Origin: Gekko japonicus
Taxonomy: Eukaryota
Reading direction: 5' to 3'
Length of the DNA: 64,000 bases
Assembly (NCBI RefSeq): GCF_001447785.1
Contig: NW_015164185.1
Coordinates: 1,194,928-1,258,927, forward strand
Shown here: one piece after another, positions 24,067 through 37,050 of the stretch
Layout: each line of letters begins with the position of its first letter
Numbering within the stretch: the stretch's first letter is position 1
Made by a program: the position numbers and the translations under genes
Notes under the pieces: model-generated
What the model was told of the DNA's origin: nothing
Databases searched by the model: none
What the model saw: the letters and a program-made list of their open reading frames with translations, nothing else

Positions 24067-25736
24067 GACTTCCGGTTTACAAAGCAGCGATGGCGGACGC
24101 TCTCCCCGAACTGCGGGAGGGCGAATCGCACACCAGCGGGCTGGAGGGGTGCCACCTCAAGTGACACCCCCGCGGAGCCTTTGCTCAAGTGACACCCCCG
24201 CGGAGCCAATAGCATCTCGGATCAAGACAGGTTAGGAAAACAGACTCTTCAACAACCTGCACACCATCAACAGATATGATTCAGGGACTTCCGGTTTACA
24301 AAGCAGCGATGGAGGACGCTCTCCCCGAACTGCGGGAGAGCGAATCGCACAAGAAATCTGACCGCCAATGAACGTGAGTTCTGAATCAAATGGACTTTTT
24401 TAAAAAAAGCAGATCCCCCCCCCCGTGTGGGAAGAAGTGGATGCAAAGAGGGACGCCTCTTATGTGAATTAACCGATAAACGACGCGAAGGGGGAGAGGG
24501 GAGGAAAGCAGTGTGTGTGTTGTGAGAGACTTACTTGATTTTTGACATCATGGGGCGAGTTTCTTGAGTCGGGAAGAAGCAGTAGGAAGTGTAAACAAAT
24601 CGTAAAAATGGCAGCCCAGCGTGCAAAGTTGAAAACGAAACTTGCAGGCAGTCAGAGTCCCAAACCCACAGAGGGTGCAGACGTCATTAAATTACTAGTG
24701 GATATGCTCAAGCCAGTGATGGAGCAACTCAATGGTATTAACCAGCAACAGACTGTGATGAACAAGAACTTTGCATCACAACAGCTCCAGCTGAATGAAA
24801 CATCCTCACAAGTTGCTGTGGTGTAAGCCAGAATTGTTTTTTGTTTGCAAGCATTTTCTGAATTGCACAAAACTTCTGACATGTTCAAGTATTAAACTGG
24901 TTAGCAGGTTACATCTGGGTGGTGGTGAAAAGTGCTGTGAAGTCNNNNNNNNNNNNNNNNNNNNNNNNNNNNNNNNNNNNNNNNNNNNNNNNNNNNNNNN
25001 NNNNNNNNNNNNNNNNNNNNNNNNNNNNNNNNNNNNNNNNNNNNNNNNNNNNNNNNNNNNNNNNNNNNNNNNNNNNNNNNNNNNNNNNNNNNNNNNNNNN
25101 NNNNNNNNNNNNNNNNNNNNNNNNNNNNNNNNNNNNNNNNNNNNNNNNNNNNNNNNNNNNNNNNNNNNNNNNNNNNNNNNNNNNNNNNNNNNNNNNNNNN
25201 NNNNNNNNNNNNNNNNNNNNNNNNNNNNNNNNNNNNNNNNNNNNNNNNNNNNNNNNNNNNNNNNNNNNNNNNNNNNNNNNNNNNNNNNNNNNNNNNNNNN
25301 NNNNNNNNNNNNNNNNNNGAAATCTAGTGACTCTGCTACCTCTGGAACAGAAGAAGACTCTGCTACAGAAACGGGTGCAGGACCTGCCAAAGTTGCCTAC
25401 GATTTTAGAGACAGAAAGCCAAAGTAAAGGCAGAAGGACTCGGAAATTGGCCTTTTGAAGCGAAGAACACGAAGATGATCAGAAAGTTTTCTCATAACAA
25501 TTAACATAGTAACATATAAACATGGAAGGTAAACAGGAACTCTATAAGTACATTGTGATACTAACACTTGTGGTACTAACATTTACACTAACAGAAATAA
25601 GATCTCCTCCTCTTGGGTTTTTAGTTTAGTGTGGTTATCTTTCCTTTATCCTTAGTTGTAGTTTCCCTCCCTAATTTTCTTTGTAGTTTGTAGTTAATGC
25701 AAAATAAAAAATATCCCTTCGGGGGTTTTAAAAAAA
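24067..25736 (+). mobile_element. L1-family element, apparently ORF1-only (HAL1-like); spans an assembly gap
   Basis: CpG-rich 5' end gacttccgg...gatggcgg; ORF from ATG 24608 (coiled-coil-like); after the gap a C-terminus ending 25427, then AATAAA and A-tail; 18-bp TSD caacagatatgattcagg at 24049-24066 and 25737-25754. Confidence 0.65.
24945..25318. other. Assembly gap (N run)
   Basis: N bases. Confidence 1.
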
Positions 25737-25751
25737 CAACAGATATGATTC

Positions 25752-25946
25752 AGGTTGCCAGCTCTTGTTTGGAACATACCTAGAGATTTTGGTGGCGGAG
25801 CCTAAGAAGGACAGGATTTGGGGAGGGGAGGAACTTCAATGGGGTATATTGCCATAGAGTCCACCTCCCAAAGTGCCCATTTTCTCCAGGTTAACATCTG
25901 TAATCCCATGAGATCTCCAGTCATAACCCAGAGCCTGGCAACCCTA
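25752..25946. mobile_element. hAT-type MITE whose left end coincides with the L1 insertion site
   Basis: aggttgccagc...ctggcaacccta. Confidence 0.7.
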
Positions 25947-26497
25947 TATATTATCATGTATTAAAAGATTCATCTTACAAGAAAGAGGAAGACACCTCTG
26001 CTGGACTTCTAAGGGCCAGACTTTTGTCTGTGCCTTGTTTTGTCTGCTGTGCAACTGGCAGGTTTGTTTAAGCGAAGCCTTTCTATATCTGGCCACTGTG
26101 AAGCAAAAGCCGGACAACCAACTGAGGAGGGCAAGGCTGTAAGCCAGAGTGAGGTCAGGGAGCCCACTGTCCAGCCTGCACATCTGCTTACCCCCCCTCC
26201 CCCCATGAAAAACTAGTTATTTCATGTGATATGACAAATTCCAGGTAAAGAATGTGAACTTGGTTTTAGAATAGGATATTTCTAGTTTTTTTTTTTAAAG
26301 GTGACTCCACTAGCCTAGGAATCTATGCATTATAGAAAGGTAATAGATTCTGAACTTAAAAAATGAATGGACTCCAATATGAACACTTTTGATACCAACA
26401 GTTCAGAGACATTAACACAAACGTATTCACTGATAGTGACATAGTTATGTAAGTTTGTGTTGATGACGACGATGATGGAATCACCAACTTTCCATTA

Positions 26498-27027
26498 TCT
26501 ATATACTAATAGCGAAAGGCGCCCCCTGCGTGCGGATACTTATTTCCGCAAAACAAGGGCACCTGGAGGCTAAAGAGGTTTTTCTGCACTCTTGGAGTAC
26601 TCTCCAGGGTTGCAGAAAAATTGTACATGTTTTAAAAAGTATACAGGGGATACTCAAATCCCCTCCCAAAGTCAAACTGCGTTCTCTACTTACAGATCCC
26701 CAGTAGAACGCTCAGGAGCTCAAGGAAAGCCGTGCGGCTGCACACGCCACTGCTAAGAACAGAACGGCAGGAGCAGCTGTTGGAGCCGCGAGGACAAGGG
26801 CTCGTGGCTCCAGCCGTCCACCAGCAACACAAACTGCCAACTCAGAAACTGTCACTACCCCACAGATCTGTATACAGGTGGACCCGACAGGCAGAGGCTT
26901 TATCCTGATCCTGTGGAAAACAAGGAGCCTTTCCTCCCCGTCCCTCACGGAACAGTCTTAGGAGTCAATGGGGGCTACATGGCCAGCACAGGGAGCTTCA
27001 AGGGGTGAGCTGGGACACAGCCCCTAG
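26498..27027 (+). mobile_element. Helitron-like non-autonomous element (5' end clearer, 3' end uncertain)
   Basis: A|TCTATATACTAATAG start; possible CTAG|T end at 27024-27028. Confidence 0.45.
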
Positions 27028-27084
27028 TTGGAAATGTATGGTGAAAAGGTCTGAACTGCCCAAGACTGAGAGAAAAAGCAGATA

Positions 27085-27665
27085 GCTTGATGGAAATGTC
27101 AATTCAGTATGACGCGGCAATGAGAAAGGTCAAGTTCCATGCTGGTTATTATTAGGAAAGGGACTGAAAATAAAACAGTCAGTAATATAATGCCTCTGCT
27201 GCAGCCTCAATTGGAATATTATGTGCAGTTGTGATCACCATATCTCAAAAAGGACATCACGGAGTTGGAAGAAGTACAGAAGAGGGCAACCAAGATGATT
27301 ATGGTCTGCAGCAGCTTTCCTAGATTCAGGAGAGACAAAAGGAAGTACTTTACTCACTGAGTGATTTGATTGTGAAATTCACTTCCAGTGAACACAGGGA
27401 TGGCCACCAGCATAGATGGCTTGAAAAGGGAGGCTAGACAGATTTATGGAGAAGAGGTCCATCAGCGGCTACCACATGGTGACTAAAGGGAACCTCCACA
27501 CACATACAGAGGCAGTAAACCTCTGAATAGCAGTGTTAGAAGGCACCATGAGCCTCTAGGCCATGTTTGTTGGCCTTTTAGGGCAAATTGTTGGCCACTG
27601 CCGTCACAGGATGCTGGACTATACGGACCACTGGTCTGGTTCACAAAGGCTATTCTTATGTTCCC
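27085..27665 (+). mobile_element. CR1 LINE 3' fragment (degraded)
   Basis: RT C-terminal remnant (ttggaagaagtacagaagagggcaaccaagatgat) and 3'UTR ending ttcttatgttc. Confidence 0.75.
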
Positions 27666-29317
27666 TAATGGATTGCCAACTTTATTTTGGTGGGGCTAAT
27701 GCGCCTTTTAACAGCTACCTGAAAGGGGGGGGGGAATCAACAACTGAATTTCTCTTAGCTGCAACCTCACCGATTCAACAACTGGAGCCACCAGGGAGAA
27801 GCTTCCATAAGGGAGAAGCTGCGCCAGATCCTCTTTCTTCCTCCCTTTTTGCTTGGTAGGCATTAAAGGCTGTGTTGTTCTATCAGGAGAAAAGGTAGCA
27901 ACCTGATATTCTCATGTATATACCATTTCTGCAAGCATATTGACATGGACAAAACTTTGCTTTTGATCCACAATACTATTTATTGTCCTCAGAGGCCTGT
28001 CTCTTCAAACAGCTTGCAAAAGGAGAGACGGAAGAACATTTCTGAGATGTGTATTCATTAATAATTGTCATCCCGTTGCCACTGTACTTCCTTTTCCAAG
28101 ACTGAGGTAATTTTTCATTTTGTAACTGGAAGTTTCAGTGCTTTGTCATACTGAACAATAAAGCATTTGTATAAAGACTCAAGGCAGCTTTCAATATGAC
28201 ATGAAAAAACTGAATCCTCTGGATTTAACTTCAGTAACAGAGCAAACAAAGAGAGGTACTGATTCCTTTATAGACAAATCTGACTGCACTGATTTACATC
28301 GAGAATTTCAAAACATTTTTCTCCCTTCCTGCACAAAACCGATCTCAACCTGTTGATAATATGAAAATAATACAAGGTAGTTTTAAATTTGTATGTTTAG
28401 GGTAGGAGAAAAATATCGGCGTCAATTTTCCAATAGCATCTAGGATCAAGACAGGTTAGGAAAACAGACTCTTCAACAACCTGCACACCATCAACAGATA
28501 AGATTCAGGGACTTCCGGTTTACAAAGCAGCGATGGCGGACGCTCTCCCCGAACTGCGGGAGAGCGAATCGCACACCAGCGGGCTGGAGGGGTGCCACCT
28601 CAAGTGACACCCCCGCGGAGCCTTTGCTCAAGTGACACCCCCGCGGAGCCAATAGCATCTCGGATCAAGACAGGTTAGGAAAACAGACTCTTCAACAACC
28701 TGCACACCATCAACAGATACTGCATGTTTTTTGGGTGTCCCCACTTCTGCAAGCCCCCCTCCTTCCTTCCCCTCCCACTATTATCACACTTAACCATTTA
28801 AATGCCAGGGTGGTAATACCAGCTGCAGTGGTCTCTGATGCACAGGGTTGCTTTGAACATTTTACTGCTGTGCCCAGTAATTCCCACCCCCTGCAGTCTG
28901 CGGGAGATGCTCTGTGATGCCCCCTTAATGTTTTCCATAGCCCTTGGCCTTATAGGGTTATAAAACAAACCACAACACATTACGCAACATTTTGTTGCGG
29001 GTCTCCTCTTGTTTTGTCTAAAGCCCATCTCAAAGGACAGGTCTAGCAAGGAATGTTGGCTACATCTAAAGTTGTTGTGGTCAGCCCTTTTGGGCTCAGA
29101 GCAAGCCTAGCCAATATGCAGAAAATATGTTCAAGCTAGACCTGGTTCACAACATAGGTCCTCCTCAGAACCAAGCAGTATTGGACAGCTTCATCTTTTT
29201 TCATCCTTACAAGCTGCTGTGGTGTAAGCCAGAATTGCTTTTTGTTTGCAAGCATTTTCTGAATTGCACAAAACTTCTGACATGTTCAAGTATTAAACTG
29301 GTTAGCAGGTTACATCT

Positions 29318-29524
29318 GGGTGGTGGTGAAAAGTGCTGTGAAGTCACAGCTGACCTATGGCAACCCTGTAGGGTTTTCAGTGCAAGAGACTGAGATGCTT
29401 TGCCATTGCCTTCCTCTGCACTGCAGCCCTGGATTTCCTTGGAGGTCTCCCATCCAAATACCGACCAGTGCCAATCCTGCTTGGCAGCTGAGATCTGACA
29501 GGAATGGGCTAGCCTGAGCAATCC
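29318..29524 (-). mobile_element. 5S rRNA-derived SINE with RTE-type tail
   Basis: Head resembles 5S A/C boxes (aagcagg...ttggatgggagacc); (CCA)n tail. Confidence 0.8.
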
Positions 29525-30574
29525 CTACACAACATACAGAGAAAGTAGGAGACATTACACACTATATGAACAAAAACATAAGTATATGGCCCCAGTGGCC
29601 CATAACTTTACACCAAGCCATATGGACTGCAAATGGGTTGCGTCCTCTTGGTGGTGATTAGTCCTCCAAGCTCCAGATTTATAGACACAGGAGTTGAAAG
29701 ATCCATTTTAATACTGCAAGGTTGAACATCTATATTACATAACGGGTTTCTGTTCAGCTAATGGCACTCTCTGTGTCTGCAATAGCGTGCTGCAGCTCTG
29801 TTTTCCTTCCAGCAGGACAATATCCTTCGCTCTGCATTACTCTTCCATCAGCCTCTAGGACCTGCTTTCCTCACAATGCACTTGAGTGCTGTTAAGAGCT
29901 TTATGTATGAATGTCACACAGAATGAACAACCCTTTTAAACCTGCGAACAATTAATCCCACAGAGGACTAAGTAGTTCTATACTTCAAGCAGTCTGTTGA
30001 CTTCCAAGGAAAATACTCTGCCAGCCCCCGATTTATAAATGTGCACACATACACCCATTGCAGGCACGTAATGCTTCAGCACAGACAGCACAGCTGGGCT
30101 TCTCATCAACTGGACGGTCAAATATTGTCAAAACGCTGACTATTGTTTCTTGAAGTCAAGAGCAACCTCACAGAAGGGCAAAGTATTTCAAGAAATACGG
30201 GAGAGAGATGTATTGGAGAGAGAAAGGAAGCCATTGTAGTGTAGCACTGGACTAGGCTCTTGGAAATGTGGCTTCACATGCCACTCTACCATAAAGCTTA
30301 GTGAGGCTCTTCTTTTTAATGAAAGGAACCTCAGAAGATGCAATCCTAAATCCTTCCACAGGAATAAGAATAATGTTGTTTGCTCACTTAGCCTTTTCTG
30401 TTCAAACTTCTCCACTCCCAGGTTGCTTAACCTCCTGGATCCCAGTTGTGTATTTATAAAAATTAAGTACATATCTGGAATGGAATCCTGCAAGCAAAAA
30501 GGGTTAAACACCCACATACATACTTTTTTGCTCAAAACTGAAGGCTTGTACCTTGTACCCTAACTAGCAGCCTA

Positions 30575-30965
30575 CCTTTTTATTGCATGATGGAGTTAGA
30601 ACAGGTGGAGTCGGCCTCCCATATATTACTCCATTGTCCTATGTATGACGAAGAGAGACAGCAGTTGTTGATACACCTTCTCTCACGTTTTAAACCCTTG
30701 GCTAATTATCTTATATATGCCGAGGAATGCTTGATGAAGTTCTTATTGGCCGATACTTATGAACCTGTCTCACGCATTGTTGCTAAATATTGTTACCTGG
30801 TAATTAAAAAGCGCAAAATGTACTGTAACTCGAGCCATTAATGACACAAGTGACCGGTTTGGTATTTTAGTGTTTAAGGCTGCAAGGATTCTATGTTGTA
30901 GACTTGGTGTTGTATTATTTTGGATTATTTTGATGGTTTTATGACAGTTCTTAATAAACTTGAAC
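30575..30965 (+). mobile_element. Non-LTR retrotransposon 3' end (RTE-X-like)
   Basis: VESASHILLHCPMYDEER zinc-knuckle end ...VAKYCYLVIKKRK*, then aataaacttgaac tail. Confidence 0.55.
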
Positions 30966-31763
30966 ATGATGGAGTCAGCTGACAGCAATGGCTGGAAGGA
31001 CTGGACTTATGAGAAAAACAGCCACATATAAAACAGGATCCGCCAGCTGAGAGAAAACTGGCAGGGACTGTAGGCAAAAAACCTGGAAAGCAGGAGCTGA
31101 GTTGCTGGGTTTTCCCCTTCTGCTGTTTATTGTAATGTAGGGGATTCGAATCAGCCAAGGAGATCAGTTATAACTATATTTATTGCTGGTGTATATCATA
31201 AGGCCTCCAATCCAGCTTCCATCCTGGGACAGCCCAGAAACAGAAACACAACAATGCCCCCCCACACACACACACACATACATCCCTTGCTCAGACATGC
31301 CCAGTCCTAGTCCCCAACAATGACTAAACTAGGCCACTGGATGGCAGCACTGAACATCTATTATACTTGTGCATAGCCGCTAATTTTCCCTAGAGGCTGG
31401 GGTGGGTGAAAAGGGGAAGCTGTGGATAACAATGGGAAGAGAAGGGAAGCCAGTGTAAATTAGTGAGGACCTGGGATGTGTAGTTTCACCTTCCACTCTG
31501 CCATAAAGCTCAGTGGGTGACAGGGTTGTCAGCTCCCAGTTGGGAAATACCTGGAGATTTGGGGGAAAGAATATAAAGAGGGCAGGATTTGGGGAGGAGA
31601 GGGACTCCAATAGGGTATAGGGTCACAGAGTCCACCTTCAAAAGTGGCCATTTTCTCCAGATCTGGATCATGCCAAAAATCTTTACATTAGAAATAATTC
31701 TCTGAAATGATGATCGTGGAGATACCTACAGAAATCCATTGAAACTTGGTACAGAATCTGGTT

Positions 31764-33335
31764 TTGTTGTTGTTCAGTCGCACAGTCGAGTCCGACTCTT
31801 CGCGACCCCATGGAAAAGATCTCGCTAGGCCCTCCTGTTTTCCGCCGTCCTCTGAAGTTGGCTCAATTTCATGTTCGTTGCATCTATGACACTGTCTAAC
31901 CATCTCATCCTTTGCCGTCCCCGTCTTCTTTGACCTTCAATCTTTCCCAGCATCAGGGTCTTCTCCAGTGAGTGCTCCCTTCTCATTTGGTGGCCAAAGT
32001 ATTTGAGCTTCAGTTTCATTATCTGGCCTTCCAGGGAACAGTCAGGGTTGATTTCTTTTAGGATTGACTGATTTGATCTTCTTGCAGTCCAAGGGACTCT
32101 CAAGAGTCTTCTCCAGCACCATAGTTCAAAAGAATCTATTCTTCGGCGCTCGGCCTTCCTTATAGTCCAACTCTCACAGCCATACATGACTACTGGGAAT
32201 ACCATTGCTTTGACCATGCGGACTTTTGTTGGCAGGGTGATGTCTCTGCTTTTTATAATGCTGTTTAGGTTCGCCATCGCTTTCCTCCCAAGGAGCAGGT
32301 GTCTTTTAATTTCATGGCTGCTGTCACAGTCTGCGGTGATCTGGGATCCCAGGAACGTGAAGTCTGTCACTACTTCCACGACTTCCCCTTCTATTTGCCA
32401 AGGAGTGATGGGGCCGGATGCCATGATCTTAGTTTTTTTTTTATGTTGAGCTTAGCCCACTTTTGCGCTCTCATCTTTTACTCTGAGCAAGAGGCTCTTT
32501 AGATCCTTTTCACTTTCAGCCATTAGAGTGGTATCATCTGCATATCTGAGGTTGTTGATCTTTTCCCCAGCAATCTTAATTCCCGCTTGTGATTCATCCA
32601 GGCCAGCATTTCGCATGATGTACTCTGCATATATATTAAATAAGCAAGGCGACAATATACATCCTTGTCGTACTCCTTTTCCTATGCTAAACCAATCAGT
32701 TGTTCCATATCCGGTTCTAACTGTCGCTTCTTGGCCCTTATACAGGTTTCTCAAGAGACATGTGAGGTGGTCTGGTACTCCCATCTCTTTAAGGACCTGC
32801 CATAGTTTGTTGTGATCCACACAGTCAAAAGCTTTAGCATAGTCAATGAAGCAGAAGTAGATATTTTTCTGGTACTCTCTTGCTTTCTCCATAATCCAGC
32901 GAATGTTGGCAATTTGATCTCTAGTTCCTCTACCTCTTCGAAACCCAGCTTGTACTTCTGGTAGTTCTCTATCCACGTACTGTTGAAGCCTAGCTTGTAG
33001 GATCTTGAGCATGACCTTGCTAGCGTGTGATATGAGTGCAATTGTGCGATAGTTTGAACATTCCTTGGCATTGCCCTTCTTTGGGATTGGAATGTATACT
33101 GACCTTTTCCAATCCTGTGGCCACTGTTGCGTTTTCCAAATTTGCTGGCAAATTGAGTGCAGCACTTTAACAGCATCATCTTTTAAGACTTTGAATAGCT
33201 CAGCTGGAATACCATCACCTCCACTAGCTTTGTTGTTAGTAATGCTTTCTAAGGCCCATTTAACTTCACATTCCAGGATGTCTGGCTCGAGGTCAGTGAT
33301 TATACGGTCGTGGTTGTCAAGGATATCAAGGTTGT
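31764..33335 (-). mobile_element. BovB (RTE clade) LINE, 5'-truncated, young
   Basis: RT motifs KGVRQGCILSPCLFN and LRYADD, typical BovB C-terminus, (CAA)n tail; only two stops in ~1.5 kb. Confidence 0.95.
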
Positions 33336-33650
33336 TCCACAGGTACCTCATTCTAATTTATACAGGTGGCCCAGTTCCCATGTTGCCAAGACTGTATTGA
33401 GAACGTTACCTCTCCAGCCGTGCCTCCTCCCCTTTTACCACTGCTGCCACAAAATATGCCACCTTAGTCCTGGGGAAATTAAACCATCTCTTTAAGGATT
33501 TTCCCTCAAATTAACCATGCTAAAGCTTTGCTGGCCACCTACTCCAAATTACCCTGGAAGTAGTGGAAACCTTGGCAATCTTGCCTGTTAAGTAATTAAA
33601 ATCCAGGCAAATGTCCTCCGATCTTCTCTTTGTAATGTAGCATGCATGTA

Positions 33651-33975
33651 AGGTAAAGGTAAAGGTTTCCCTCGCTTGAAAGCCAGTCGAATCCGACTCT
33701 AGGGTGTGGTGGTGCTCATCTCCGTTTCCAAGCCAAAAAGCCATTGCTGTCCAAAGACGTTTCCGTGGTCATGTGGCTGGCATTAGATGCCGAGGCGCAC
33801 AGAACGCTGTTATCTTCCCACTTGCAATTTCTTGCTTTCGAACTACTAAGTTGGTAGGATCTGGGACCAGAGACAGGAGCTCACTCCGTCATGCGGTACT
33901 CAGGTCTCAAACTGCTAACTACCGACCCTCTGGTCTGCAGTTCAGCGTCTTAACCACTGAGCCACCACAGCCCCC
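33651..33975 (-). mobile_element. Sauria SINE, full length
   Basis: tRNA-like head ggggctgtggtggctcagtggttaag, (ACCTTT)n tail, 13-bp TSD tagcatgcatgta. Confidence 0.9.
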
Positions 33976-34664
33976 TAGCATGCATGTACCAAGTCTTTAT
34001 ATGGGTACTAGCAGACCACCATAACATCAATTATATATCTATAAGAATAACTTCATATGTAATTACAAAAAGGAAAAGCATATAATTGAGAAAAGGTTAT
34101 CTAACAACTACAAAATAAAATAGGAGATAAACACAGTACTTTCCCCCTCTAAGGCTAAATCTTTCCAATCTGTAACAGTGAATTAAGAGATAAGCATCAT
34201 TCACTTACATATACCAAATGGGTTCCCATCTTTTGTGATGGTTTCCCATAGACCATTTAATGAAGCAATTTCATCTTCAGCTAAGCTGTATCTGGGCCTT
34301 CTCCTATTCTAACCACTCCCAGCTTTTCCAATCAAGATTCATCCTAGCACAGGAATCCCTGGTTTTTTAAAGTACCCCTCTCTTTCTCCTGGTTGAAAAG
34401 TTCAAGGGATAAGTTAGCGCATACTGTCTGTGTGCTGCCACTGAGATGAAGATGCAGCCTTTCCCCTGTATTTTAAGTGTGTCATGTTGTCTTGTTGGCT
34501 ACCCTTGATTAACATAGGAAGTGGCATCTTCCTAGCCAGGTAATGATGCAAACTGCTTTGGGGTCCCGTTTGGGAGAAAGGTAGGGAATATAAGTGAAGT
34601 AAAATAAATAAATAAGCAGACTAAAGCTAGCTAGCCTTTAAAGCATGATCTACGTTGTCAAGGA

Positions 34665-34836
34665 CAGATTCAGGTGGGCAGCCATGTTGGTCTGAAGCAA
34701 CAGAACAAAGTTTGAGTCCAGTGGCTCCTTTAAGATCAACAAAGTTTTATTCACAGTATAAGCTTTCATGTGCACATGCACTTCGTCAGAACTTCTTTGT
34801 TGGTCTTAAGGGTGCCACTGGACTCAAATGTTGTTC
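34665..34836. mobile_element. Penelope-derived palindromic pLTR remnant
   Basis: Same family as 1853-2233; degenerate hammerhead on minus strand. Confidence 0.7.
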
Positions 34837-36838
34837 GTAGTGTCTCGGACAGTTATGTTAAACTATCCTCTGATCATTAGAAAAACTCAAGTTAAATATC
34901 ATCCAAAGTATTAAATTTATATAAGATACTAGTACGGTGAGGTGTCTTTTCACCATGCCTCCCATATAAAAATGTTCAAAGTCAGAGATCTGCATGTGAG
35001 ACCTGTTTCTCTTCAGAGATTAATGGCCACAGCAAGGACCTTCTCACATGTGGCCTTAGAACATGACCTTCCCAGACAGATGTTGACTCTTGCAATGCAA
35101 ATTCCCTTTAATTTTCAAGGATTTCAACATTTGGTCAGTGCACCTATGATTTTGTTTGGCTTTTATTGACTTTAACTGCTTTTCCTCTGTGTGTGTTTTT
35201 TTTTTGGGGGGGGGGGCGTATTGTTTTTTGTAGTTTTTACAATAAATTTGATTTTGTTTTAAATTTGATTTTGGGATTTAGGGATTTTCTACAGTACAGT
35301 AGAATGAGCAGAGAAGAATGAATTCACTTGAACAGAAAAGTAGAGTTCCCATTTCTAAAATAAATAAAATATTTCTGACAGCTGCAGTAAAGGGAGGGCA
35401 AAATCAGTTGGCATCCATGTCAGAAGGATTAGGATAATTTTTTTCCCATTACTCAGGGTGAAATACATGCAGCGAAAGGATTTAAAAATATATCCTTATT
35501 TCTAGGAAGTAATACTTGAATAAAGATTAAATACCACATTTTACTAAAAGAATATACCTAACATAACTTCATGTTTATTGGCAAAATGAAAGGATAACAT
35601 AATCAATAATGCAATTTATTTAACAAATATTAATGAAGCATGAAGTTCCGTAGCCTCTTTTTATCTCAAATCTTTTTTGAGGAGGGAAGTGTTTGTCAGC
35701 AATGCATTAAACGTTACACTAACAAGTGCAAATGTAGACCCTGCCTTCCCTCTCTAAAAAGCAATAAAATGCCACAGCTTTCAAGATTTAAGCATGAATA
35801 TAAATCTGTCAGCCAGGTGTTTCTAAATCATTTTCTGTCATCTGCAAATGATACACACCTTGCTTGATTCAAGCAAAACTTGAGTGTTGCTCTTGTTTGT
35901 ATTAAAGGTAACCCACTTAAGAACAAGTATGTCAAATAGAACAAAAAAGTATCCTAACAGGGTTTTTTTAAAAAAACACAAAAATGTGTCAAATGACCTT
36001 GAAAACCAGATTTGAGAAGCCAGCTTTGGAAAAGTATGCAAGGGTGATGAATGAGAACTGACACACAATCCGGCACACAAACTCTGCTGAACAAAATGTA
36101 GTAGAATGCCCAAGTAGCATTCCACTTAATTTATGACCAGCCACAAGTCCCCACATTTATGTCAACATAGATGATCACACAAGTTTTCTTTTCCAGGTTC
36201 AAGCCCCCTTGAACAGTGTAGATTTCTAACACTTCTGACAGCAAGCAGGAAAACTGCTTAACCTGCCAGGAGCCTACCATTCATTTGCTCCAACCTGGAG
36301 TCACTAACCTGGTGTTCAGTCTTCCTAGAGGTTCCAAGCCTTTCTCATCTGCCATAGGAAAACCTCCCCTCATTACCCTGACTGATTGCTTCAATTACCA
36401 AATGAGCAAGTCGCTAGCCTAATGTTCTAGGCTTTGGTCCCAGAAAGGTAAAAAGGTTCAATGATATGCTTCAGATCCATCTAATTAGGAGGGAAATTAA
36501 CTTTAATGCCCCAGGAACCACTGCAGCAGCAGACTGCAAGCGCTTGGTTGAATAATCTCCATGTACTGTCTGCACACTTCTATGTCTTCTGTGACCATAG
36601 CTTTGTTTGCTTTGTGTATTTGATTCCCAAATTAGTGGCTGTGATTAATGGAGCTTTCCACTAGAAATGTTGAGAATTTAAGATGTGTGGAAAGCAATGT
36701 GCCAAGCACTGGGACAGAAATCAGAAGAAACACCACTATTAGCACATGAATCCTGCTACAATTTATGAATAGGCTCAGCTTTCCTACCATAAAAAAATTA
36801 TGTTTAAATAACTGACTTAGAAATCAGTAAGACTGGCT

Positions 36839-37050
36839 CTGACCTGGACAGGACAGGCAACCCCGATCTCATCAGTTCTCAAAAGCTAAGCAGGGCTGAC
36901 CTGGCAAGTACTTGGATGGGAGACCTCCAAGGAATACCAGGGCCAGGTTGCAGAGGCAGGGAATAGTAAGCCACCTCTTTGAAATGTCCAAGCCCCACTA
37001 GGGGGTCACCAGAAGTCAACCATGACTTCCAGGCGCACACACATACACAA
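36839..37050 (+). mobile_element. 5S rRNA-derived SINE
   Basis: cccgatctc...aagctaagcaggg...gtacttggatgggagacctccaaggaatacc. Confidence 0.8.

Larger units (their letters stand above)
23177..29345 (+). repeat. Complex local duplication: 23177-24280 ~ 26975-28719 and 24801-24944 ~ 29202-29345
   Basis: Direct sequence comparison; high identity with reciprocal indels. Confidence 0.9.

Noticed and set aside
24795-25458. Long ORFs of 179-210 aa in the ORF track
   Set aside because: They run through the N gap and are artefacts
36839-36940. 5S rRNA gene-like sequence (also ~29420-29524 and ~39000-39103)
   Set aside because: Diverged heads fused to a shared non-5S body and RTE-type tail; these are SINEs, not rRNA genes
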